Assembly: GCA_016935915.1 (NCBI GenBank)
Contig: JAFGQB010000116.1
Span: forward strand, 1-32,554
Origin: Spirochaetota bacterium
GTDB lineage: Bacteria; Spirochaetota; GWE2-31-10; JAFGQB01
Reading direction: 5' to 3'
DNA length: 32,554 bases
The position numbers and the translations under genes were made by a program. The notes below the pieces were generated by a model. That model searched no databases and was not told the origin of the DNA. It saw only the letters and a program-made list of their open reading frames with translations. Shown piece after piece: positions 9,161 to 17,210 of this stretch; position 1 is the stretch's first letter, and each line of letters opens with the position of its first letter.

Positions 9161-10249
9161 TTATTTTTTATTTTTTTTACTCTTCTTAACCTCTGATAAA
9201 GCCTGAATACCTGCAAAGTTGCCGAGGTTCATATTGTCAAGTATAGTTGCAGGGACCATCATTGTCGAGTTGCCTGCCTTTAAACCTTCAAATAATATGT
9301 TCATGCTCCTTAATTTTAAGGCGGTATCATTATTTTTATATATTTTTGCCGCTTCTTCGAATTTTTTGGCAAGTTCTATTTCCGATTCTCCAAGCACTAT
9401 TCTTGACTCTTTTTCTCTTTCTGCCTGTGCTTTTTTGCTCATTGTGTCCTGAAGGTGCTGAGGAATGATAATTTCCGTAATGTCAATAGATTGTATGGTT
9501 ATACCCCACTCATTTGTTCTTTTATCAACGATTTTTCTGATCTCTTCTTCGGCTTCCTCTCTTTTTTCCAGAAGTTTTGTCAAGGTTGTTTTCCCGATTG
9601 CATCTCTAAGCGCAGCCTGAGAGCTCAAAACAACGGCATCTGTATAATTTTCAACTTCCAAAATAGCTTTTTCAGGATCCCATATCATCCAGAAAGCCAG
9701 AGCATCTACTGTGACTGCAACAGAATCCTTGGTAAGGGTTGTTTCTGCCACAAAATCAGTTGCACGTATTCTTAAGTCTACTATTTTATTCACAATATCA
9801 GTGAACGGCAATATTAAGAACAAACCAGGACCTTTTATCTTGTTGAATTTCCCGAATCTCAAGATCACTGCTCTTTCCCATTCTTTGGTCTGCTGGAATA
9901 TCGGTGCTAAAAAAACTCCGAAAGATACAGGAACAATGAAATAAAATGAATTGAAACCCTTCCACCAGAAAAAAGCCAATACTCCGATAAAATTTATTTT
10001 TACAATCATTTCCCATTTACCGATCATAATACCCAAAATTCCAAATATAGGGAATAATAGAAAAATTACAAACTCTTCACTGTTCGTTATTCTTTCGCAA
10101 TAATAGAAATATAATATAAATCCAATTGTACTGAAAAAAAGAAATATGAAAGAATTGATCGGATTTATACTGAAATCCTTTTCAAAGAAACTTTTTTTAC
10201 TGATATTCTTTATTAAATAATCTTTTTTTTCCTTAAAAAAATCAAACAT
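9161..10249 (-). CDS. SPFH/Band-7 (stomatin/YqiK-like) protein with an unusual ~110-aa polytopic N-terminal membrane region (about 4 predicted TM helices)
   Basis: 362 aa. Four hydrophobic segments (SFIFLFFSTIGFILYFYY, FVIFLLFPIFGILGIMIG, INFIGVLAFFWW, FYFIVPVSFGVFLAPIF) precede a canonical SPFH core (ERAVILRFGKF...GPGLFLILPF...DLRIRATDF...TKDSVAVTVDALAFW...) and a C-terminal coiled-coil. GGAGGA RBS. The start lies 4 nt after the GntR stop, so the two are co-transcribed. Confidence 0.8.
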   Translation of the reverse strand: MFDFFKEKKDYLIKNISKKSFFEKDFSINPINSFIFLFFSTIGFILYFYYCERITNSEEFVIFLLFPIFGILGIMIGKWEMIVKINFIGVLAFFWWKGFNSFYFIVPVSFGVFLAPIFQQTKEWERAVILRFGKFNKIKGPGLFLILPFTDIVNKIVDLRIRATDFVAETTLTKDSVAVTVDALAFWMIWDPEKAILEVENYTDAVVLSSQAALRDAIGKTTLTKLLEKREEAEEEIRKIVDKRTNEWGITIQSIDITEIIIPQHLQDTMSKKAQAEREKESRIVLGESEIELAKKFEEAAKIYKNNDTALKLRSMNILFEGLKAGNSTMMVPATILDNMNLGNFAGIQALSEVKKSKKNKK

Positions 10250-10252
10250 ATA

Positions 10253-10630
10253 TTATTCCTCCATAAAATTAAAATTTTTAAGTATTCTGATGCAATCTTC
10301 TTTATTAAATCCAATTTCATTCATTTGAATTAAGAATTGTGCGCTGATCTTTTCTGCTTTCTGTATTTTTTCAATAGAACTAATATCGATTTTTTTTTCC
10401 GATATAAAAGTGCCGTATCCTACTTGAGTATTTACAAATCCCCTTATTTCAAGTTCATTATATGCCTTGGCTACTGTATTTGGATTTATTTTTAGGTCCA
10501 CAGCTAATTGTCTTACAGTAGGTAGTTTTTGTCCTGGTTTAAATTTTCCTATGCTCATATTATATTCTACCCATTGAATTATCTGTCTATACACCGGTAT
10601 TCCGCTTTTTGTATCAATCGTTAAAATCAT
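10253..10630 (-). CDS. GntR-family transcriptional regulator, YtrA subfamily (short, wHTH only)
   Basis: 125 aa. GntR wHTH: IPVYRQIIQWVEYNMSIGKFKPGQKLPTVRQLAVDLKINPNTVAKAYNELEIRGFVNTQVGYGTFI. A ~50-aa C-terminal tail with no effector domain is the YtrA subfamily hallmark. It is the first gene of an ABC-transporter operon, as with B. subtilis ytrA. Confidence 0.85.
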   Translation of the reverse strand: MILTIDTKSGIPVYRQIIQWVEYNMSIGKFKPGQKLPTVRQLAVDLKINPNTVAKAYNELEIRGFVNTQVGYGTFISEKKIDISSIEKIQKAEKISAQFLIQMNEIGFNKEDCIRILKNFNFMEE

Positions 10631-10651
10631 TAATTTCCCTATATTTGTCTT

Positions 10652-10696
10652 ATTGTACTATTTATATAATACAATTATATGTGTATTAGTACAATT
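10652..10696. promoter_or_regulatory. Candidate YtrA/GntR operator: perfect 9-bp inverted repeat ATTGTACTA-N27-TAGTACAAT, nested around a 7-bp palindrome ATATAAT-ACA-ATTATAT
   Basis: Seen directly in sequence. attgtacta at 10652-10660 and tagtacaat at 10688-10696 are exact reverse complements. The inner palindrome is at 10664-10680. It lies 22-66 nt upstream of the GntR start codon, in the divergent region shared with the PilZ-Spt gene. Confidence 0.4.
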
Positions 10697-10782
10697 TGTC
10701 AAGTATTTTTTTAAAAAAAAAATTAATTTTTTTTTTAAAATTATTTATTTTTAAAAAATATTTTTTTTTAATGTTAAATCTG

Positions 10783-10791
10783 TGTTATAAT
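10783..10791 (+). promoter_or_regulatory. Extended -10 promoter element (TGnTATAAT) for the plus-strand lipid cluster
   Basis: tgttataat at 10783-10791 matches the extended -10 consensus exactly. It is about 38 nt upstream of the 10829 ATG. No good -35 was found, which is consistent with an extended -10 promoter. Confidence 0.35.
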
Positions 10792-10828
10792 TTATAAAAT
10801 ACCGGATTTAATAAAAATTGAGAAAAAA

Positions 10829-12436
10829 ATGATTGATATTAAAAGAAGAGTACCAAGATTTGACATTAAGTTCGAATTACTCAGTAATTTACTTAATGGC
10901 AAAGGTATAAATATAAGTCAGACAGGCATAGGATTTTTAACAGAGGAAGAAATTATTCCTGCAGATAATATTCCGTTTGAAACTGAAATAAAAGGCTACA
11001 TTTTCAGTGATAAAATTTACAAAATTAAAGGAACAGGAAATTTATTGTATTCGAAAAAACTTATAGGTCAGAATGAATTATACAGGAACGGATTAAAATT
11101 CGTAAATATGGATGATGATTCGAAAGAGGCGTTATTCAATCTTTTAAATGATATCAGACTATTTAAAAGTGATATAAAAGATGAGAATACCATCATGACA
11201 CTTGCCGATTTTTACTATTATCCCTCAGATGATTTATTTGCCAAGACCAGTATTTTCAGTGAATATATTGATAAGAATTTCCTGATAAATCATAAAATGT
11301 TTTCTTATTATCTTGATTCATCATGCAGTGCTGTAGGCAATATGATCAACAGAAAAACAAAAGACAAAAAAGAGATGATAATGTTGGGGTCAAATAATTA
11401 TCTGGGACTTGCGACTCATCCCGAGGTTATAAAAGCAGGCATTGAAGCACTAAAAAAATATGGCGCTGGAAACGGCGCTGGTGCAATGGTTGGAGGAACT
11501 TTAGGCATACATAAACAGCTTGAAGAGGAGCTGGCTGATTTTATCGGAAAAGAAGAGGCAATGATATTTAATTCGGGATATTCTGCCAACATAGGAATAT
11601 TATCAGGAATATTAAGACCTAATGATGTGGTAATTAATGATCAATATAATCATGCGAGTATTTTTGACGGATGTCGTTTGAGTCAGTCAAAATTACTGGT
11701 TTTTAAACATAATGATATTAACAGTCTTGAAAAAATCGTTAAAAGAGCAAAATATTATTTTAACGGATGTATAATAGTTATTGATGGTATTTACAGTACA
11801 GACGGAAGTCTTTCTCCTCTGGATGAAATATACAGGATTGCCAGAACTTATGACTGCAAAATAATGGTCGATGAAGCCCATGCTCTAGGCATATTAGGTA
11901 AAAAAGGAAGGGGAACAACTGAATATTTTAATTTAACAGATAAAATTGATATTATCATGGGAACCTTAAGCAAATCTTTAGGATCTTCAGGAGGATTTGT
12001 AGCATCAAGTAAAAATGTTATAGAATATTTAAGATTTTATGCAAGGTCATATTTATTTTCAACAAGTTTTCCCCCTTCAGTTGCCGCAACTGTTTTAAAA
12101 GCATTGCATCTTATTAAAACTGACAACAGTATAAGAGAAAAACTTCATTTCAATATTAGTTATTTTATTAATGGATTAAAAAAGCTTAATTTGGATATAG
12201 GTGAACCAAAATCGGCAGTTGTACCTATTTTTATTTCTGATCAAAAATTACTTTTTAAGATTTCATCTTTATTATTTGATAATGGATTATTTCATAATGT
12301 CATGATATATCCTGCTGTACCTATGGGCGGATCATTGTTAAGATTCGGAATTACAACATCTTTAGATGAAAATATTTTAAAAAAAGCTCTTGTAATAATA
12401 GAAAAAGTTTTAAAAGAAGTCGGATTTTTAAAGTAA
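10829..12436 (+). CDS. Serine palmitoyltransferase-like alpha-oxoamine synthase (PLP-dependent, class II aminotransferase) with an N-terminal PilZ-like domain
   Basis: 535 aa. The C-terminal ~350 aa are an AONS/Spt core: LGSNNYLGLATHPEVIKAGIEALKKYGAGNGA, DEAHALGILGKKGRGT, and the PLP-lysine block GTLSKSLGSSGGFVASS (compare Sphingomonas Spt GTFSKSLASLGGFVAG). The N-terminal ~110 aa carry both PilZ signature motifs in the canonical order and spacing: RRVPR (RxxxR) at aa 6-10 and NISQTG ([D/N]xSxxG) at aa 28-33. Confidence 0.8.
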   Translation: MIDIKRRVPRFDIKFELLSNLLNGKGINISQTGIGFLTEEEIIPADNIPFETEIKGYIFSDKIYKIKGTGNLLYSKKLIGQNELYRNGLKFVNMDDDSKEALFNLLNDIRLFKSDIKDENTIMTLADFYYYPSDDLFAKTSIFSEYIDKNFLINHKMFSYYLDSSCSAVGNMINRKTKDKKEMIMLGSNNYLGLATHPEVIKAGIEALKKYGAGNGAGAMVGGTLGIHKQLEEELADFIGKEEAMIFNSGYSANIGILSGILRPNDVVINDQYNHASIFDGCRLSQSKLLVFKHNDINSLEKIVKRAKYYFNGCIIVIDGIYSTDGSLSPLDEIYRIARTYDCKIMVDEAHALGILGKKGRGTTEYFNLTDKIDIIMGTLSKSLGSSGGFVASSKNVIEYLRFYARSYLFSTSFPPSVAATVLKALHLIKTDNSIREKLHFNISYFINGLKKLNLDIGEPKSAVVPIFISDQKLLFKISSLLFDNGLFHNVMIYPAVPMGGSLLRFGITTSLDENILKKALVIIEKVLKEVGFLK

Positions 12437-12545
12437 GTAATTATCCATATGAATTATTTTTTTATAAGAAAAAGAAATAGATTATTATTTTAATAAATAA
12501 ATATTTCTTAACAATAAAATTTAAATTGATGCATGATAAAACAAG

Positions 12546-13991
12546 ATGGATATTATAGATTTTTTAGAAAAGAATTTATGCCGTTATTCTGACAAGAGAG
12601 CATTGGTTGATGTTGATAATAATATTTGTTTAACTTATAAAAATTTATATGATAATATTTTATATTATGCAGATTATTTAAAAAAAAGCGGCATAAGGGA
12701 AAATCAGAAAGTCGGTTTATACCTTAATAATTCTATCATACATATAATTTTATTATATAGCTTGTTATATTTAAAAGCAGTACCGGTTCTAATTGATTCA
12801 AGAAACACATTAAGGGAAATAAAAGAATGTCTGATAAGTTCAGATACAAAGGTAATAATTTATGAAAATGCTAACTTTGAAATAAATGAATTATACAGTA
12901 CAGCAGATAAGATTTTTGTCATAAAAGAAAGTATAGAAGATTTTAATATCAAAGATAATAAAATAAGCTGTATAATAAAAAATTTCAATAATGATTATAA
13001 TAATAAAAAATTAAAAAAGAGTAAAAAATTAACTTACTTTATACTTTTTACCTATCGAGGAACAGGACAAGTTCTGCCTGTTATACTTTCAGAAAGCGCA
13101 ATAATAAACAGTCTATTCAGTAATTTTTATTTGAATAAAAATATTAAAGATATTATTTTATTGTTGATTTTACCGATTCATCATATTTTTGCATTAACAT
13201 GCAATTTACTTAGCCCTTTATCGCTTGGAGTAACAATAATATTGACCAATAAAATACAGCCTTATAAAATTTTAAATATTATTGAAGAATATAGGATTAC
13301 TTATTTAATATTAGTACCGACTTTAGTTTATGTCCTTTTAAATTCAATAAAAAAAAATAAATATAATCTTATGAGCTTAAGAAACGGAATTGTAGGCGGA
13401 AACAAATTTCAGAATGATCTTTATAAAGATTGGCATGAAGCATTAAATTGTATCCTGCTGCAGGGATACGGCTTGACAGAAACATGTCCTGTAATCTGTA
13501 ATCAATGGAATAACAATAAACCAGGTTCAATCGGGAAATTAATGAAAGGTGTAAAAGCCAGATTAATTGATAAAAATGGTAATTATAATGATAAGGAAGG
13601 TGTTTTATGGATCAAATCTAAAATGATATTATCTAAATATTTAAATAATGAAAAAGAAAATAAAGAATATATTGATAATGGATGGTTTAATACAGGCGAT
13701 ATTATTGCAAAAGATAGTGATGATTTTTATTATTTTATAAAAACAATTAAAAACATTGCAAAAGTAGGAGGATCAACAGTAGATTTAAAAGAAGTTAAAA
13801 CTATTATTCAAAAGTTTAATTTTGTACATTCCTGTTTGTTATCAGTAGAACATGATAAATTATGGAATGATAAGATAATTTGTCATTTAACTTTAAGGGA
13901 AAATATAGATAAAGTTGATATATATAATTATTTTAAATCTGTTTTAGCATCATTTAAACTGCCCGGTAATATTATTATTAATTCAATTTAA
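12546..13991 (+). CDS. ANL-superfamily adenylate-forming enzyme (acyl-ACP synthetase / fatty-acyl-AMP ligase-like), with degenerate motifs
   Basis: 481 aa. Clear ANL motifs are YGLTET (A5, YGxTE) and GWFNTGD (A7, GWxxTGD), with the hinge region IAKVGGSTVDLKEV. However, the P-loop A3 reads TYRGTGQVLPV instead of TSGTTGxPKG (no Lys), and the C-terminus ends ...FKLPGNIIINSI where A10 PKTxSGK is expected (no catalytic Lys). Confidence 0.65.
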   Translation: MDIIDFLEKNLCRYSDKRALVDVDNNICLTYKNLYDNILYYADYLKKSGIRENQKVGLYLNNSIIHIILLYSLLYLKAVPVLIDSRNTLREIKECLISSDTKVIIYENANFEINELYSTADKIFVIKESIEDFNIKDNKISCIIKNFNNDYNNKKLKKSKKLTYFILFTYRGTGQVLPVILSESAIINSLFSNFYLNKNIKDIILLLILPIHHIFALTCNLLSPLSLGVTIILTNKIQPYKILNIIEEYRITYLILVPTLVYVLLNSIKKNKYNLMSLRNGIVGGNKFQNDLYKDWHEALNCILLQGYGLTETCPVICNQWNNNKPGSIGKLMKGVKARLIDKNGNYNDKEGVLWIKSKMILSKYLNNEKENKEYIDNGWFNTGDIIAKDSDDFYYFIKTIKNIAKVGGSTVDLKEVKTIIQKFNFVHSCLLSVEHDKLWNDKIICHLTLRENIDKVDIYNYFKSVLASFKLPGNIIINSI

Positions 13992-14018
13992 CATTAATTA
14001 ATAAATAATTGACATGAC

Positions 14019-14047
14019 AATAATTAAGTAATAGAATTTAATTAGAT
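14019..14047 (+). promoter_or_regulatory. Near-consensus sigma-70 promoter: TTGACA-N17-TAGAAT
   Basis: ttgaca, then a 17-nt spacer (tgacaataattaagtaa), then tagaat. Read directly in the 247-nt intergenic region between the ANL gene and the 444-aa ORF. It would give a leader of about 185 nt before the 14239 ATG. Confidence 0.45.
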
Positions 14048-14238
14048 TTAGGAGATTAATAATTAATATAATTAATTTATATAATGACATCAAAAAAAAT
14101 TATGTAATTAAATATCCATCTTTTAAAAAAAACATAGAAAAGTCTGGTTTTTTAGAATATTTTTTTATTGAAAAAAGAAAAATATTTGCGTGGAATAAAA
14201 CGGTAAATTTACTGGATTTTACTTTTTTCAAGTTTACA

Positions 14239-15573
14239 ATGAGATTATCAAAAAATTTTAAAAAAAAATTTGATGATATTTTTTTATATAATGTTTATCC
14301 AGCCGGTAAATTTTTGAAAGATATAATAAAGAACGGATGGAAATCAGGGGTTTTATCAATAAAAGAATATAATATAATCGTTCAATTTTCTGACTTATAT
14401 AATAAAATGTCAGCTGTAAATAAAAAGCCTGTATTAATCTATAATGATTTTATCAAATTTGAAGATTCTTTTTATAAAGTTATCAGCAATGATATTTATC
14501 TTAAAAATTTATTGGAAGGATTAAATAAAATATTTACATATTATAAGGAAAGTTTTTTTAATAATAATGAAAAAATAATTAAACAGCTTATAAATTTATT
14601 AGAATCTTTTTTTAGTTTCAATTTTATAATGCCTTCAATCTATGATATTATTTTAGCTTTTAATATTATTAATGCCAGAAGATTTTTAAACTGGGATGAA
14701 CTTTATGAAAAAACAAAAGAAGATTTTATACAATCAAATTTTTTTGACTGTTCGGTTGAAGTATTTGAACAAATTGTAAAATCTATTAAAAGTTCATTGT
14801 CAGAAATTGAAATTATTGAAAAGGATATTGCCAGGATAGAATGGCTTAAAAATTATTCATCATTATCAAATAACACTAACCCTGATAAAATAATTTGTTT
14901 TTATATAGAGATTTTAAAAAAAGATTGGCATAAAGATTCAGATGATCTTTTTCTTTTATTATTGTCGTTATTTAACGGAATAATTGAAAAGATGAATGAA
15001 CTATTAAGTAAAGATTTTGTATTGATGAATGAAAAAGAAGAGTTGATTAAGAAAAGGATTTTCAGTAATATGGAACTTGAAGAGCTTTTTAATAATTTGA
15101 AAGAACAATATACATCTGCAAAAGACAGGCACTTATCAGTTACTCCTTCTAAAATACCGTTAGAATTTTATATAAGTCAGATAAATCCGGAATTTATATT
15201 TACTGATATAAATCAGAAATTTATTTTTGAAAAGATATATAATGTATTTTATTTTTTAAGACAAATGGCATTTAAATTATATTATATCATAAATGATGAA
15301 AAAGAACTTAATAAAATGAATTTTATTAAATTTATGATTGTTAAACCTGAAGAATGGAAAGGTAAAATATTAATATCTTTAATTAATTTTTATATTGAAC
15401 TTTTTTTACAGATATGCGGATATTTTAAAGAAAAAAATTTAATATTAGAATTAAATAAATTAAATAAATTGATTTTGGATAGAGATAAATCTTTAAAAAA
15501 AATTGAAATGATTTCAGACAGTAATAAAATTATTGAAAGATTTTTAAAAAATGATAAAATAATTTTATTATGA
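14239..15573 (+). CDS. Hypothetical protein (444 aa, predicted all-alpha, no recognisable motifs), translationally coupled to the downstream receiver-domain gene
   Basis: Long ORF in an otherwise densely coding region. It is Lys/Ile/Phe/Glu-rich. Its stop overlaps the next gene's start (ATGA at 15570-15573). No catalytic or binding motif was recognised by eye. Confidence 0.5.
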   Translation: MRLSKNFKKKFDDIFLYNVYPAGKFLKDIIKNGWKSGVLSIKEYNIIVQFSDLYNKMSAVNKKPVLIYNDFIKFEDSFYKVISNDIYLKNLLEGLNKIFTYYKESFFNNNEKIIKQLINLLESFFSFNFIMPSIYDIILAFNIINARRFLNWDELYEKTKEDFIQSNFFDCSVEVFEQIVKSIKSSLSEIEIIEKDIARIEWLKNYSSLSNNTNPDKIICFYIEILKKDWHKDSDDLFLLLLSLFNGIIEKMNELLSKDFVLMNEKEELIKKRIFSNMELEELFNNLKEQYTSAKDRHLSVTPSKIPLEFYISQINPEFIFTDINQKFIFEKIYNVFYFLRQMAFKLYYIINDEKELNKMNFIKFMIVKPEEWKGKILISLINFYIELFLQICGYFKEKNLILELNKLNKLILDRDKSLKKIEMISDSNKIIERFLKNDKIILL

Positions 15574-16055
15574 TAGAAAATAAAGAAAATAATGGATTCA
15601 GCAAAAATAATGAAGTTATTGATGATGCAGTAGTTGCTCAGGAAGAAAATCTAGAAGAAGTTAAAGATGATAATTTAAAATTTGCAGGAAAAATTGTTTT
15701 AGTTGTTGATGATATATTATATGTGGTAAAGTCAATATCAAAAATTTTAAGGGATGAAGGCTTTTTTGTTTTAACTGCACAAACGGGTCTTGACGCTATT
15801 AAAAAAGTTGAGCAATATTCGCCTGATTTAGTTACAATAGATCAGAAACTTCCTGATATGATGGGTACAAAATTAGTGGAAGAAATAAGAAAAATAGAGA
15901 CAGGAAAAAAGACAAAGATTATATTTATATCTGCACTTTATGATAAAGATAAAATAAAATCGATACTTCATCTTGGTGTTGATAATTATTTATTAAAACC
16001 TTTTAAGAAATCTGTTCTGGTAAATACAATTAAAAAGATTTTTAATGAAGAATAA
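15570..16055 (+). CDS. Single-domain response regulator (CheY-like receiver) with a ~40-aa acidic N-terminal extension
   Basis: Receiver signatures: KIVLVVDD (acidic pocket), phospho-acceptor Asp in LVTIDQKLPDM, T/S in IFISA, and the conserved Lys in LLKPF. There is no output domain. Confidence 0.8.
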   Translation: MIENKENNGFSKNNEVIDDAVVAQEENLEEVKDDNLKFAGKIVLVVDDILYVVKSISKILRDEGFFVLTAQTGLDAIKKVEQYSPDLVTIDQKLPDMMGTKLVEEIRKIETGKKTKIIFISALYDKDKIKSILHLGVDNYLLKPFKKSVLVNTIKKIFNEE

Positions 16056-16058
16056 TAA

Positions 16059-17210
16059 TCAATTTTTAAATGGATGTCTGTATTTTAATTTAGTTTTTGG
16101 TAATACTAAATTTTTAAAGATTTTTAAGAAAAAATGAATTATTTTATTATTATGAAATAAATAAATATAATTTGAAATAATGACGCCGCCTAATTTTATT
16201 TTAAATTCATAAGTTGTAACTCCAAGCTCAAGGTTTTTAAATTTATTTTCAATGGCAAATTTCAATCCCTGGTAAAATATATTGAAATAAATGTTATATT
16301 TTTCTTTTTTTTTATAGTCCATGCCAACATATAATAATCTAGCAGTGAAATCATCAAGAACAATAAATGCAAATCCCAGAATATGATTGTTTTTTTTTAA
16401 CAACAAAACCAATGATTTTTTATATAGATATTTGTTCATACTTTTGAAAAAATTTTCAGTTAAAATTTCTCTTCTGTATTCTTTGGCATGCTCATAGCAA
16501 TTTAAGTATAATTTTAATAATTCTGGAATTATTTCGGAATAATTATAGCAATATTCTATTTTTAAATTACTTTGATTTATAATGTTATTGCATTTTTTAA
16601 CAAATCTTCTGTAATTATAACGCAAATCATTTATATAATCATTAAAATTCTTCCATTTTATTTTTATTTCTACATTAGGCATGTTACTTGCCTCTATAAA
16701 TTTAAAACTTTTTATTTCATTGGATATTTTATAATCTTTTTTATAAAAGTCTCTGATCGCCAATAAGTTTGCATTGTTTTCTTTTGCTATTTTTTTCATT
16801 TCATTTATAATCAATTCAATGATTTTTAATCTGCTGTATTCTTTTTGAGTATTTATTGCAAAAGTATTGCCCAGAGATATGGGAGAACCGCATTCGGTTA
16901 ATTTTATAATACAAAAATTCGGGATAATCTTTCTAGTGAATTTTATGATTTTCAGGAAAAATCCTTTTAAGAAAATAAATAAATCTACACTTATTGTATA
17001 AACGCATGCATGTCCAACAATTTGATTTGCATTGTTATAAACCACGAGATAATAAAATTTACAGTCATTGATTTTGCTTTCTTCAACAGCTTTTAAAAAA
17101 TCAAATTTATTTATTATATTATCGCTTTCTACTATTGAATCCCAGCTCTTTTTATCTATTTCATTGATATTTTTAAAAATTTTTATTTGATACATAAAAA
17201 AATATTCCAA
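16059..17210 (-). CDS. GNAT-fold acyltransferase of the BioF2-like / FemAB-like (DUF482-type) family
   Basis: 383 aa. The N-terminal signature KSWDSIVES...FDFLKAVEESKINDCKFYYLVVY matches the characteristic W...F(L)..FL.A.EES... opening of PF04339/PF13480 proteins. The size (~380 aa) and the presence of two GNAT-like halves are consistent with that family. Confidence 0.5.
   Translation of the reverse strand: MEYFFMYQIKIFKNINEIDKKSWDSIVESDNIINKFDFLKAVEESKINDCKFYYLVVYNNANQIVGHACVYTISVDLFIFLKGFFLKIIKFTRKIIPNFCIIKLTECGSPISLGNTFAINTQKEYSRLKIIELIINEMKKIAKENNANLLAIRDFYKKDYKISNEIKSFKFIEASNMPNVEIKIKWKNFNDYINDLRYNYRRFVKKCNNIINQSNLKIEYCYNYSEIIPELLKLYLNCYEHAKEYRREILTENFFKSMNKYLYKKSLVLLLKKNNHILGFAFIVLDDFTARLLYVGMDYKKKEKYNIYFNIFYQGLKFAIENKFKNLELGVTTYEFKIKLGGVIISNYIYLFHNNKIIHFFLKIFKNLVLPKTKLKYRHPFKN

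Noticed and set aside
9219-10016. Several 70-110-aa ORFs on both strands within the 9161-10249 SPFH gene
   Set aside because: The SPFH reading frame has a clear domain signature, and these are spurious overlapping frames.
10700-10780. Long A/T homopolymer runs (A10, T10, T9) as possible repeats or CRISPR-like structure
   Set aside because: This is simple AT-rich promoter DNA between divergent genes, with no repeat-spacer periodicity.
16572-16766. 64-aa plus-strand ORF inside the GNAT gene
   Set aside because: Antisense and low-complexity, overlapped completely by the 383-aa GNAT frame.
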